Origin: Mizuhopecten yessoensis
Lineage: Eukaryota
Assembly: GCF_002113885.1 (NCBI RefSeq)
Contig: NW_018408021.1
Location: 943,873 to 1,007,872, forward strand
Length of the DNA: 64,000 bases
Direction of reading: 5' to 3'
Below, piece after piece: positions 1 to 13,435 of this stretch (its first letter is position 1; the number at the start of each line of letters is the position of its first letter). A program made the translations under genes and the position numbers. The notes below the pieces were generated by a model that did not search any database, was not told the DNA's origin, and saw only the letters and a list, made by a program, of their open reading frames with translations.

Positions 1-3000
1 TGGCGACATTGTAGGGGCTAACCTCCTGTATGACGTGTCAGCGTAAGTGTTTATTGTCAATTGTTTAATTTTTGTGAATATCTGTTATTTTTTTTTTTCA
101 AACTGCTTATCAGTATTACCACGGACTTAGATAACTCTAGATATCTTCCTTTGACAAGACATTCATGATGACTTAAGGAATATTAATGTAACACACTATA
201 TATTTGAATACAAGAATGGCGGTCCTCTCTAATTTATGTGAAAACAAACATCTCCGAGGTTAAGTAAATGATTGACAGCACAGCCATGGTTTTTGAGGAC
301 AATAAAATATGGTCAAACCTGTACTTGTATCCAAGATTAACTTATTTGTCAGGCAAAGCTTACAGTCACTCAATTTAACGTACTTTCTTCCCGTTCTGGG
401 AGTCTGACCTAATTCTTGACAGTGTAATGTTCATTACAATATGTAGAAATGCATTGTAAAATTTTATATAAAGCATCATATTGGTCCATGAAAAATAAAA
501 TAGAAATAACAGTATTTGTGTAACTCCCTACCCTATTTCTCTTTGGCATGTTACATGAAACACACTTACAGTATGTTTGTTTTGGGCTCAATGTAATAGG
601 ACATTTATCTGTATTTGCAAACTTATTGCTGTAAGAGGCAGTATTACTATTTTATCTGAGGGGTAACAGAGTTTCAATTCATGTAGAAAGTTGACCAATC
701 ATTTGGTTGGTTTAAATCAAACCATTGTTGAAAAATGGAAAACCATTATTCCAATTTCTCAAATTTAATTAATGCGATTAAGTAAAGGTGAATGTATTTG
801 TCCTAAAACATTATATCTGAATGATTAGCAGAAAAAAATTAGCAGCAATGAAGACAGTGAGGTTCCAGTCGACCACATATTGTAAATCTTTTTCATAACT
901 GTTCAGGTTCTGTACCAGTATTGTAATGCAGGATGACAAAAACATGATCTGGCACGCTCGAAACCTGGACTTTAGTTTTACTGATCTCCTAAGGAATATC
1001 ACAGTCTTCATTGACTTTCAAAGAAACAATCAGGTATGTCTCTGACCTATTGTTGTACATACAGGCTCCTCTAGAAATAAATAACTATATGGGAAGAAGG
1101 GGAGGGGTCAGGGAGACACTTTTTTGACCCCAATTTAGCAATTATTTCAAACTGCTCCACCCAAATATTATTGAGTATAAGTGCCTTTCTGCAGAATATT
1201 TTCATGTTTAGAACATCATCATAGTCTTAATGGACTAGGTTTTTAAGTTTTTTTTAGAAATAACTGGAATTAATAATGTAAAGAAATAGTTTTAGGAGGA
1301 TAGAGTGACTTAAAAGTCTTGTTAGCATTAAATTTTAGTTTTTCATTTATCCATCTTTGTATTACCTTGGTACAGTCTGTATCAGAAAAAATGTAAAATC
1401 TGCTTATGTTTTGAATAATGTTTCGGGTATTTTCAAAGTGTGTGTAAAAATGATCACGTTGTGACTCGTCAAACTGGTTTCTGTGTTTGAAATGTTCGTG
1501 TGGACAAGGGTTCTAAAATCTATATAATTTCTGTTTTATTTGTTCTATTTAATTTTCTCAATACAGAAAATGTGATCACTTTAACACTGCGATCGTATCT
1601 ACTTTTACAGTAGTTAAATGTATTATGGATACCTAAACTGTACAGTTGGTCATTAGGTACATTAAAGGGTCTCACTCGTTCATTACAAGATGAGCAATTA
1701 AAAGCTCATGACAACCACTTGAGTATCCTATTGTCCACTTATATAAAAAATGTAAATGTTTTCAATAATATTTCAATCTAAACAGGGATTTGTGCCTTAA
1801 AAAATGATAATAAAATGATTTCATAACATTAGTCGAAGAATGTTACACTATTTTTATTTTTGAAAAATTGCCTCCAAAAGCATTTGTTTCCTTGAAAGTG
1901 CTTTTAAAGACTGTTGTTAAGGGTGGTTGGGTGGTGCAGTGGATATCACACTTGCCTTTCACCAAGGTGGCCAGGGTTCGATTCCCCGATCGGGCGTGAA
2001 AAAGTATGGGGTCACCTGCCTGATCACATGGGTTTTCTCCTGGTACTCTGGTTTCCTCCCACATTAAGACCCCCACGCGCTAACATCCGGGCCAACGAGA
2101 GAGAGATTAATATAAGTTGAAATAACATGTTTCATAATTGTTGTAAAATAAATAAAGTTTATATATAAATTTAAATATATACTGTTGAATATGTTTGGTT
2201 TTTAGACTGTGTACAGTGGAGTCACCTATGCTGGGTACATTGGTCTAATGACTGGACAAAGGCCAAAGGTATTTACCATCACTGCAGACGAAAGAGGTAT
2301 ATATTTCATGTGTTGGGATCTTGTATCTGTTAATGAATCAATCATTGTCGGGAAGCGATGATGTGTTAAATGATAAATCACATCTTTTATCGGTATACGA
2401 AATCTTGTGAAAGTCTGATATTCTGATGCAAGTGATTATTTATATAATAGAATATAGATGAGGTGTAGCTGGGTCCGGAATATTGCAAAATATCATTCCA
2501 TGATAACTTATGTGATAGATGTTCTAGGTAATTTTTAATGTCTGAAAACAGAATTTATGATGTCAGAATAGAGACATGGTTGTGTGGCGAGCTAAGAAGT
2601 ATTGTATATAAGTTTTCATTTTTTATGAAATAGTACTTTTAACATATACACACTGTATCACCACCAACAAGGTCAAGGTCATTAATAAAGGTCATTACCT
2701 ATGTTACTTTCCTTGTCTGAAATATAAGTTCAATTCGAAGATGAATTTATGAAACTCCATGATGAAATATTTAGTAACGTCATAAGCTATGTGTTGTGTA
2801 CAAGGCAAATTTCACTAAAATAGGTGGAAAAGTAAAACGTGTGCTTCCTCTCTATGGACTATAAATGTCAGTATGGTCGAAGAGAATTTCATGGATCTTC
2901 ACAAACATGTATATACTTCACCAAAAAACATTTTGTGGTAACATTTTACATGTTTATGCAATCAATGTCAATGTCATGACTTCAGGTTAAATGTGCCCTT

Positions 3001-6000
3001 TTCTTTGTATGGGAATTTTGTACGGCTAAAGACGTTCTCATCAACACTACGTCATCAATTTATAATCACTGACGTTTTAGTCCACTTATATAACCTGCTA
3101 TACTAGTCTCCAACATGTCAAGGTGACTAGTAGGGGTCACAGATCAAATAGGCTCATATATAATATACACAACATACTTTTTTCCTTTCTTTACCACAAT
3201 ATCTGCACTAAATGGTGCGTCGTATACTTTTTGTTTCACCTGAGAACAGGTGACCTATTGCAATCACCTTTCATCCGTCATCATGGTTTGTACGTCAATG
3301 CGTTAACAGTTACATTTTTATTTTTTTCTCAGAAACCGTCTGTCTGTTTGATGAAACACAAAAATGTTAGAAAAATAAAAAAATGATATAATACTACTGG
3401 TTGCTAGGTCCAGTTTTACATGTATTTTATTCCCCGTTCTTACGGGAGCTGTGTGGTGATAGAATTATTGAAGGACCTTCATACTCATTTGTGTATAACA
3501 TTAGTACTACCTGGTATATCAATTAACATTTATAAACATATAAAATAATTGTCAGTTCATGATTCAACTCACAAAATTTTGACATCTAATAAATGGTTTA
3601 TTGTTAAGGGTATTTTGTGTTTCTGTTTTAATGACAGATGACGGGAGCTTTTGGATGAACTTCCTGGTTGGGATACTCCAGAGGGATGCTGTTCCTGTCA
3701 GCTTCCTTATCAGAGATGTAATTATTCTTACTTGAATTAACCAAGATTAGTACATGTCTAGTTCTCACCTAAGGGGAGGAAACTGGAGTACCCGTGGTCA
3801 GGCAGGTGAAGAAGTATGGGGTCACCTTCCCGACCATGTGGGTTTTCTCCGGGTACTCTGGTTTCCTCCCACATTAAATATAAGACCCACTGCGTGCTCA
3901 AATCTGAGCCAACAAGAGAGATTAATATAAGTTGAAATAACTTGTTTCATATTTGTTGTTAAATAAATAAGGTTTATATTCACCTATAGCTGAACTCCTA
4001 GTTTTTGATTCCCTGTTAAAATTAATTTTATCCAGATATTTATTTGGTCTCCAATATATGCTTTTCCCATTTTTATAACAAAAGTTATTTGTAATAATTA
4101 TAATGAAAGTTAGTCGTGCCAAGTTTTATTTAATGAAAAATAACATATTCTGAAGTATGAAATTATGTGTTAATTAAGTGTGGATATTGTGGTGTTGAGG
4201 TCATTTCTCAAAGGTTACCCTAACCAAATTCTTGGAGAAATCAATGTAATAATACCAGGTAGGTTCATTGAGTCCAATTTTCTGTGCGAATAATGACATG
4301 GCATACTTGATATTCCGTCTTTGCGTATTGCAGAGTTATCTTCTCTTGGGAGCAGGTATTGATTGTTACGACATTCGTTTGTGCGAGATAATTACGTCAT
4401 TTTCTCAAAAATTCATGATGTTACTCTCACAAACAAGTGACGAAACAATCAATACCTGCTCCAAAGAGAAGATAACTCTGCAATACGCAAAGACGGAATA
4501 GGAGATGTGTGATTAATGTATAGAATATGAATATTAAATGACAAAATATTGATTTGTGTTATTTACTATACAGACACTGGAGGAGAGTACAAATTACCAA
4601 GCAGCCGTAAACAAGCTGGCCTATAGCATTACTATGGCTTCTGTGTACCACATCGTGGCTGGCGTTAACCCTGGGGAGGGAGTCATCATCACTAAGGGTC
4701 GTGAGGAGCCAGTTGACATCTGGCCACTCAACCTTTCAAAAAACAGGTATGCAAAATCATGTGTGCTATAAGTAAAACTTAAACCCTTTGCTCATTTGCA
4801 TTTTATCAAGACAGTCAGGTCGCATTTCTATAGGTAATCTGGTGTCATCCCCACGTTAAGAACCCCTGCATGCTAACTTTTGGGCAAACAAGAGTGATTG
4901 ATATAAGCAAACATAATGTGTTTCATAATTGCTGTAAAATAAAAACAAAATTATATTTAACCAATTCAAGACTACCATATGGCCTTGTATTCCCTTATTG
5001 TATTGAAGTGCCTTTTTCTATGCCTCTTCAAAAAATTATCATATAGCCAAAATCATGTTCTTCATTTCCTTTCCAAATTTTGTTATACTCTGCTGATATA
5101 ATCACTTGATGCTGAAATCGTGCACCTATTCTCATTTTTGTTCATTCTAGCTATATGTGTATGGGATTTCTAGCTATATGTGTATGGGATTTAAGCTCTT
5201 TTGCAAAGTTATTTGCTGAATGTAATCCAACCTTTAGGAAAACTTCACAAATGAAATCATCAAACTTTAAGTGTTCTGGGATATGGATAAGAGTGGGTTA
5301 CAGTTGTTGTTTTGATATTATTAATATGAAGTTGGCACAAAAACGGCTATATTATGATAATAGATAATTCTAAATTTTTCACATTCCTGCATGTCAAAAG
5401 ATAGTTGTGACACTAAATATTGATGTGTGTTACTGTAATTTGTAGATTGTCACCTATACACAGAAGTATGTGTTCGCCATTACAAGTATCTTAACACATT
5501 CACCCCTGAAGACACATTTGAACCCTTCTAATTCAAAGGTTGGAATAGTTCATTACGAAACTTCAGGGGTGAATGAGTTAACATTAATCGATTGACAAAC
5601 ATTTTAAGGATATTTTCGTGACTTTTTGTCAGGTGGTTTGAGGTGGAGACAAACTACGACCACTGGAACAGTCCACCCCCAGATGATGACCGCAGGTCAG
5701 TATCCCCGGTGTTACAATGTCTACATGTCGTGTTAAATCTATTCAATCTTACCAGTAATACATTGTTATAGATAAAACTAGATGTCTGCACCGACATCTC
5801 TTTACAGGACTTGCAATCACTATACTAGGTTCATATACCTAGATTATCATATTTTCTTTGCAACTTTAGAATTTTAGATGCAGTACCCTCCTCTTTAGAG
5901 GAAATATGTGTATTTCATCGAAATCCTTGCCTTAGAAAATCCTATGTCACAGGATGTTTTCAAAGACAAATAGTTCATTTTAATACTGATTTTCAAACAA

Positions 6001-9000
6001 GGTAGGTATACAATACAGATTAATACTACATATAGAATTACACTACTGTTACAAAATTACACTACTGTTACAGAGTTACACTACTGTTATAGAATAACAC
6101 TACATTTACAGAATTACACCACTTACAGAATGACATGACATATTTTGATTGCACAACATTACATTAAATATATAGAATTACACTATATACACATACTCAA
6201 ACTGCATATATATACATAACATTACATATGCATAATGTATATACTTACAAAACATAAACAGAGTTATACTACATTTTCAAAATTGCACTACATACAGAAT
6301 CACACTACGCATATAATTACACTATATATATAGTCCACATATATACATAATTCCATTACATAATTACATAATTTATTATACTACATATATATAATTGCCA
6401 TACATCCACAAAATTGCACAATTTTTACATACTGAAACTACATTTACAGAATAACATTACATTTATGGAATAATTAACACTACATTTATAGAATAACACT
6501 GCATTTATAGAAAAACACTACATTTACAGAATAACACTACATTTATAGAATATCATTTATAGAATAACATAACAGTTATGGAATAACACTACATTTATAG
6601 AATAACACTACATTTATAGAATAACAGTACATTTATAGAATAACACTATATTTATGGAATAACACTACATTTATAGAATAACACTACATTTATTATATAA
6701 CATTAAATTTATAGAATAACATTACATTTATAGAATACATTTATGGAATAACACTACATTAACAGAATAACATGAAAATTTATGGAGTAACACTTCATTT
6801 ATAGAATAACATTACATTTATAGAATAACACTACATTTATAGAATAACAGTACATTTATAGAATAACACTATATTTATGGAATAACACTACATTTATAGA
6901 ATAACACTACATTTATTATATAACATTAAATTTATAGAATAACACTACATTTATAGAATAACACTGCATTTATAGAAAAACACTACATTTACAGAATAAC
7001 ACTACATTTATAGAATAACATAACAGTTATGGAATAACACTACATTTATAGAATAACATTACATTTATAGAATAATACTACATTTATGGAATAACACTAC
7101 ATTAACAGAATAACATGAAAATTTATGGAGTAACACTTCATTTATAGAATAACATTACATTTATAGAATAACACTACATTTATAGAAAAACAGCACATTT
7201 ATAGAATAACACTATATTTATGGAATAACACTACATTTATAGAATAACACTACATTTATTATATAACATTAAATTTATAGAATAACATTACATTTATAGA
7301 ATAACACTAATTTACACAATAACATTACATTTATATAATAACACTACATTTATAGAATAACACTACATTTATAGAATAATACTACATTTACAGAATAACA
7401 TTACATTAATAGAATAACACCTCATTGATAGAATAACACTTCATTTACAGAATAACACTTCATTTATAGAATAACATTTCTTTTATAGAATAGCACTTCA
7501 TTTATAGAATAACACTTCATTTATTGAATAATGTTACATTTATAGAATAACACAACAACTATATAATAACACTTCATTTACAGAATAACATAACATTTAG
7601 AGAATAACACTACATTTATAGAATAACATTACATTTATACAATAACACTACAATTATAGAATAACACTTCATTTACAGAATAACACTACATTTATGGAAT
7701 AACATTACATTTATGCAATAACACTACATTTATAGAATAACACTACATTTACAGAATAACACTACATTTATAGAATAACACTACATTTTATTAAACTACA
7801 TAGACATAATTCATCAAAAATATCATAAAACTACTTATATTTAACTACACTACATAAACAAATAGTTTCATTACTTAAATATCTACAAATATAGAATTAA
7901 AATACATAATACCATTGCTTAAACATAATAAAACGTCATATAGAATTATGCTACAATAGTTACCCTACATCATGTTTTATAGAGACCCAGCTATCAAGGC
8001 TATGACTAACCTTGGACAGAAAAACATCAGTAAAGCAACCCTGTTTAATGTCATGTCTACAGTACCAATCAGAAACAAGTAAGTGTTTAATGTCATGTGT
8101 ACAATACTAATCAGAAACAAGTAAGTGTTTAATGTCATGTCTACAGTACCAATCAGAAACAAGTAAGTGTTTAATGTCATGTCTACAGTACCAATTAGAA
8201 ACAAGTAAGTGTTTAATGTCATGTCTACAGTACCAATTAGAAACAAGTAAGTGTTTAATGTCATGTCTACAGTACCAATTAGAAACAAGTAAGTGTTTAA
8301 TGTCATGTCTACAGTACCAATCAGAAACAAGTAAGTGTTTCATTACATGTCTACTGTACCAATCAGAAACAAATAAGTGTTAAACATCATGTCTACAGTA
8401 CCAATCAGAAACAGGTTAGTGTTTAATGTCATGTCTGCAGTACCAATCAGAAACAAGTAAGTGTTTAATGTCATGTCTGCAGTACCAATTAGAAACAAGT
8501 AAGTGTTTAATGTCATGTCTACAGTACCAATCAGAAACAAGTAAGTGTTTAATGTCATGTCTACAGTACCAATCAGAAACAAGTAAGTGTTTAATGTCAT
8601 GTCTACAGTACCAATCAGAAACAAGTTAGTGTTTAATGTCATGTCTACAGTACCAATTAGAAACAAGTAAGTGTTTAATGTCATGTCTACAGTACCAATT
8701 AGAAACAAGTAAGTGTTTAATGTCATGTCTACAGTACCAATCAGAAACAAGTAAGTGTTTAATGTCATGTCTACAGTACCAATCAGAAACAAGTAAGTGT
8801 TTAATGTCATGTCTACAGTACCAATCAGAAACAAGTAAGTGTTTCATTACATGTCTACTGTACCAATCAGAAACAAGTAAGTGTTAAACATCATGTCTAC
8901 AGTACCAATCAGAAACAGGTTAGTGTTTAATGTCATGTCTGCAGTACCAATCAGAAACAAGTAAGTGTTTAATGTCATGTCAGCAGTACCAATTAGAAAC

Positions 9001-11431
9001 AAGTAAGTGTTTAATGTCATGTCTTTGGTACCAATCAGAAACAGGTTAGTGTTTAATGTCATGTCTGCAGTATCAATCAGAAACAGGTTAGTGGTTAATG
9101 TCATGTGTACAGTACCAATCAGAAACAGGTTAATGTTTAATGTCATGTCTATGGTACCAATCAGAAACAGGTTAGTGTTTAATGTCATGTCTACAGTACC
9201 AATCAGAAACAGGTTAGTGGTTAATGTCATGTCTGCAGTACCAATCAGAAACAGGTTAGTGTTTCATGTCATGTCTATGGCACCAGTCAGAAACAGGTTA
9301 GTGTTTAATGTCATGTCTATGGTACCAATCAGAAACAGGTTAGTGTTTAATGTCATGTCTGCAGTACCAATCAGAAACAGGGTAGTGTTTCATGTCATGT
9401 CTATGGTACCAGTCAGAAACAGGTTAGTGTTTAATGTCATGTCTACAGTAACAATCAGAAACAGGTTAGTGGTTAATGTCATGTGTACAGTACCAATCAG
9501 AAACAGGTTAATGTTTAATGTCATGTCTACAGTACCAATCAGAAACAGGTTAGTGGTGAATGTCATGTCTGCAGTACCAATCAGAAACAGGTTAGTGTTT
9601 AATGCCATGTGTACAGTACCAATCAGAAACAAGTTAGTGTTTAATGTCATGTCTATGGTACCAATCAGAAACAGGTTAGTGTTTAATGTCATGTCTGTAG
9701 TACCAATCAGAAACAGGTTAATGTTTAATGACATGTCTGCAGTACCAATCAGAAACAGTTTAATGTTTAATGTCATGTCTGCAGTACCAAGCAGAACCAA
9801 GTAAGTGTTTAATGTCATGTCTACAGTCCCAATCAGAAACAGGTTAATGTTTAATGTCATGTCTATGGTACCGTAAGTGTTTCATTACATGTCTACTGTA
9901 CCAATCAGAAACAAGTAAGTGTTTAATGTCATGTCTAAGGTACCAATCAGAAACAGGTTAGTGTTTAATGACATGTCTGCAGTACCAATCAGAAACAAGT
10001 AAGGGTTTAATGTCATGTCTATGGTACCAATCAGAGACAAGTAAGTGTTTAATGTCTTGTCTGCAGTACCAATCAGAAACAGGTTGGTGTTTAATGTCAT
10101 GTGTGTGGTACCAATCAGAAACAGATTAGTGTTTAAGGTCATGTCTGCAGTACCAATCAGAAACAAGAAAGTGTTTAATGTCATGTCTATGGTACTAATC
10201 AGAAATAGGTAAGTGTTTAATGTCATGTGTATGGTACCAATCAGAATCAGGTTAGTGTTTAATGTCATGTCTGTAGTACCAATCAGAAACAGGTTAGTGT
10301 TTAATGTCATGTTTGCAGTACAAATCAGAAACAGGTTAATGTTTAATGACATGTCTGCAGTACCAATCAGAAACAGGTTTATGTTTAATTCAGAAACAAG
10401 TAAGTGTTTCATTACATGTCTACTGTACCAATCAGAAACAAGTAAGTGTTAAACATCATGTCTACAGTACCAATCAGAAACAAGTAAGTGTTAATGTCAT
10501 GTCTATGGTACCAATCAGAGACAAGTAAGTGTTTAATGTCTTGTCTGCAGTACCAATCAGAAACAGGTTGGTGTTTAATGTCATGTCTGTGGTACCAATC
10601 AGAAACAGATTAGTGTTTAATGTCATGTCTGCAGTACCAATCAGAAACAGGTTAGTGTTTAATGTCATGTCTATGGTACCAATCAGAAACAAGTAAGTGT
10701 TAAACAAGTAAGTGTTTAATGTCATGTCTGCAGTACCAATCAGAAACAGTTTAGTGTTTAATGTCATGTCTGCAGTACCAATCAGAAACAGGTTAGTTTT
10801 TAATGTCATGTCTGCAGTACCAATCAGAAACAGGTAAGTGTTTAATGTCATGTCTGCAATACCAATCAGAAACAGGTTAGTGTTTAATGTCATGTCTACA
10901 GTACCAATCAGAAACAAGTTAGTGTTTAATATTGTGTCTGCTGTTTGGGTCAGAAACATCTTCAGCTATCTTATTCGAAGTGTTTCCAAAGCTGTCACTC
11001 ACTTTATATTTTTTTTCGAATTTCATTGCTGAAGGTTTGATAATAGGTGAAATACTGTAACAGAACTACAGTTGTTCCCCAAGAAATAAGGAAAAAGAGG
11101 GAAAACTGAAGAGGGTACAAGCCAAAATTTAATATCACAAGCTGACTTTGTTAAAATGAATTTCTCACGAGACTCATTAGATAATCGTTCTTGGGTAGAT
11201 AAATCATAAACGTCACCATATAGTTGTCAACTTTGGATACTACAGCATTGTAATACATACTTGATTAAGTGGTATTGTTATGGCACATATCCAGGAATGT
11301 AGATGTGAGGATATTCTTGTTTAAGATGAATCAAATTTTTCTGTTTCAGCCACACAACCTATTCTGTTGTGATGTCTGCTGCGCAGCCCCAGATCATGCA
11401 AGCCTGGATACGACACGGAGACGTGTACTGA
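1..11431 (+). CDS. NAAA: N-acylethanolamine-hydrolyzing acid amidase-like (Ntn-hydrolase, acid ceramidase family); 5' part lies outside the window
   Basis: Eight phase-consistent GT-AG exons: <1..42, 907..1033, 2206..2296, 3638..3717, 4574..4746, 5633..5695, 7983..8078, 11350..11431 (TGA). Spliced translation includes LLYDVSAF-CTSIVMQD (catalytic Cys after the autocleavage site), WHARNLDF, YAGYIGLMTGQRP..FTITADER, VPVSFLIRD, GEGVIITK, VETNYDHW..PP.DDRR, AIKAM and TTYSVVMSA. These are collinear with vertebrate NAAA as I recall it. Confidence 0.93.
1921..2160 (+). mobile_element. tRNA-derived V-SINE, full length, in NAAA intron
   Basis: A box (TGGTGCAGTGG), B box (GGTTCGATTCC), V-domain core GGGTTTTCTCCTGGTACTCTGGTTTCCTCCCACA, and an A-rich tail with AATAAA. 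Confidence 0.8.
3773..3975 (+). mobile_element. V-SINE copy, 5'-truncated with an inverted 5' segment
   Basis: 3806..3975 aligns to the body and tail of 1921..2160; 3773..3809 is the reverse complement of V-domain sequence. Confidence 0.75.
4311..4500. mobile_element. MITE family A, ~190-bp fold-back element with TA ends
   Basis: Near-perfect palindrome TATTCCGTCTTTGCGTATTGCAGAGTTATC...GATAACTCTGCAATACGCAAAGACGGAATA; three copies in the window. Confidence 0.85.
4848..4945 (+). mobile_element. V-SINE 3' fragment
   Basis: Degenerate match to the tail of 1921..2160 (CCCAC.TTAAGA.CCC...GTTTCATAATTG.TGTAAAATAAA). Confidence 0.6.
5491..5581 (+). mobile_element. MITE family B, ~90 bp, TTAA-flanked (piggyBac-like ends)
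   Basis: TTAA-C(A/T)CATTCACCCCTGAA ... TTCAGGGGTGAATGAG-TTAA; five copies in the window. Confidence 0.8.
6035..7790. repeat. 19-bp minisatellite (GAATAACACTACATTTATA)n in NAAA intron
   Basis: Direct tandem units from ~6440 with a degenerate lead-in from ~6035; recurring variant blocks (e.g. ACATGAAAATTTATGGAG near 6770 and 7113) show higher-order duplication. Confidence 0.92.
8043..10958 (+). repeat. 42-bp minisatellite, ~70 copies, derived from an NAAA exon end plus splice donor
   Basis: Unit GTTTAATGTCATGTCTACAGTACCAATCAGAAACAA|GTAAGT; the first unit overlaps the last 36 nt of exon 7983..8078. Confidence 0.95.
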
Positions 11432-11588
11432 TCATTGTAACGTGTACTAACCGATGTATTGAAAAGCTGTATTGACCACAACTATTTCTACTGATTAGGC
11501 CGTTGATTCACCTGTTTCATTTACATAAGAAGAAATCCTTGACGTCCTTGTTCGCATTGAATAGTATTGCTTCAGTAAAGGAGATTAG

Positions 11589-11680
11589 TTCACCCTTTCA
11601 ACCCTATGTAACTTTAGTAGACATTAACCATTCATTGATATGGATGAGTTCATTATGGTCTACAGTGGTGAAAGGGTTAA
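11589..11680 (+). mobile_element. MITE family B2 (~90 bp, TTAA-type ends)
   Basis: CCCTTTCA.CCCT ... AGTGGTGAAAGGG-TTAA; second copy at 12636..12726. Confidence 0.7.
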
Positions 11681-11823
11681 GGATATTTTTCTTACATTTA
11701 GCAATGATATTTTTCTTACATTTAGCAATGGAGATACTTAAGTCAAGAAATAAACTCTTCTATGAACCTGGGTAAGTTGATATTTACTCACCAAGATGAA
11801 TTCCATAGTCCCTACTTACCACA

Positions 11824-11914
11824 TTGACACATTCACCCCTGAAAGTTTATAATGAACTATTCCAACCTTTAAATTGGAAGAGTTCAAATGTGTCTTCAGT
11901 GGTGAATGAGTTAA
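11824..11914 (-). mobile_element. MITE family B copy
   Basis: Reverse-orientation copy of 5491..5581. Confidence 0.8.
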
Positions 11915-12635
11915 CTATTTGCTACAAAATCTATTTACTATTTGATGACCTCTACGTACAAAGTTCATGTCTGTATGCTATCTGAAAGACCTATTTGTCA
12001 CTGTTGTTTATGTCCAGATAGATAAAAACAGTGAAAAGTTGGTCCTAAAAATTTGATATTCATCATGAACATATTTCTTATGATACTCATTTTACAAGTG
12101 CAATGGAAACCAAATTTTATGATACATGTATAGATTTTTGGATGAAGGTGTTCCTGCAAAATGAACAAAATTAAATGCCCATTAAGACATGATTTTACAA
12201 TAGAGGAAGTTCAGTCTCATTGTATTAACATTTCCTTTTCTATATATTTTAAAGTTTAATGCTATATCAATATTTGCATCACTGATATCTGGTATTTATG
12301 AAAACATTAAACCAACCATATTATCCATAAGTTGGTATGTGTCACCAAGTATGAAGTGGCGTATTACTTATTCAAAGGTGCCTTAATTTTATCATGTCTC
12401 GTCTTTTATTATAATGTTTTCTTGATTTGTTAATATTCAATATATATAGACAATAATTTGTTATTGGTCAACAAACATGTTGCTATAAGCGGGTGCGATA
12501 TCTAGTGGGGTGCGATAACATATCATATATTCCAGAACCCGAGCACCTGTGGCCAAAATAGGAAATTTCCAAACAGGGATATCATGAACACTTCAGCAGA
12601 TTATATCTCTTTGGTTTGCTGTATTGTATCACCTG

Positions 12636-12726
12636 TTAACCCTTTCACCCCTATGTAACTTTAGTTAACTCTTCCATGCATTGATCTGGATGAGTCCATT
12701 ATGTTTCACAGTGGTGAAAGAGTAAA
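12636..12726 (+). mobile_element. MITE family B2 copy
   Basis: Aligns end to end with 11589..11680. Confidence 0.7.
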
Positions 12727-13247
12727 CTAAAAAATACTCACAATTAAATGATATGTAATTCAATGCTGATGGGAATTCGAATGAGCAAGCCAACTGTACT
12801 GGTATTGTCTCCCATTTGACCACCTTTTGTAAACACACATGAATTGTGTTTTATATGGGTAAGAGAATTGAGAACAATTACATACTTAATCCATATCTAG
12901 GGAAGTGACAAAGCGATTTACCGTTGTGTATTTAAGGGAATCATAGCTCCATTTATATTTATCAATAAATGGTGTTTAACAGGTAAAAATCAGCAGTTTA
13001 TTACCTGAATGGAATGTGATTTACATGTGATAAATAGCTGTGTAATACAACTCACTGCAAATGAATGATATTTATTCTCCACTACTTTGTATGGGCACAG
13101 GTTACGGGAAATTATAGATTTTCCAGGGAAATGTTTTTATGATTTTCAAGAGAAATATACCATGATACATATATTGCTCTATACTGTTGTGTCATATACC
13201 CCGACACATAACATGGTATAATGTGATCTACTGTATGTGAAGCCATC

Positions 13248-13435
13248 TATTCCGTCTTTGCGTATTGCAGAGCTATCTTCTCTTGTGAGCAGGTATTGAT
13301 TGTTACGTCATTGGTTTGTGTGAGAAAATTACGTCGTATTCTCAAGTTTATGACGTTATTCTCACAAACAAATGACGTAACAATCAATACCTGTTCACAA
13401 GAGCAAATAACTCTGCAATACGAAAAGATGGATTA
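13248..13435. mobile_element. MITE family A copy
   Basis: Same terminal inverted repeats and body as 4311..4500. Confidence 0.85.

Noticed and set aside
3228-3400. Fragment resembling common bivalve Helentron/pearl-type repeats (also the AAGGTCA motifs near 2670)
   Set aside because: Too short and degenerate to define ends or family without a repeat library
8043-10958. CRISPR-like appearance of regular repeats (also 45075..46117)
   Set aside because: Head-to-tail units with no unique spacers, no cas genes, eukaryotic context
7977-10959. Many 60-265 aa ORFs on both strands (e.g. 9007..9804)
   Set aside because: Products of the 42-bp (14-codon) tandem repeat; only 7983..8078 is a supported exon
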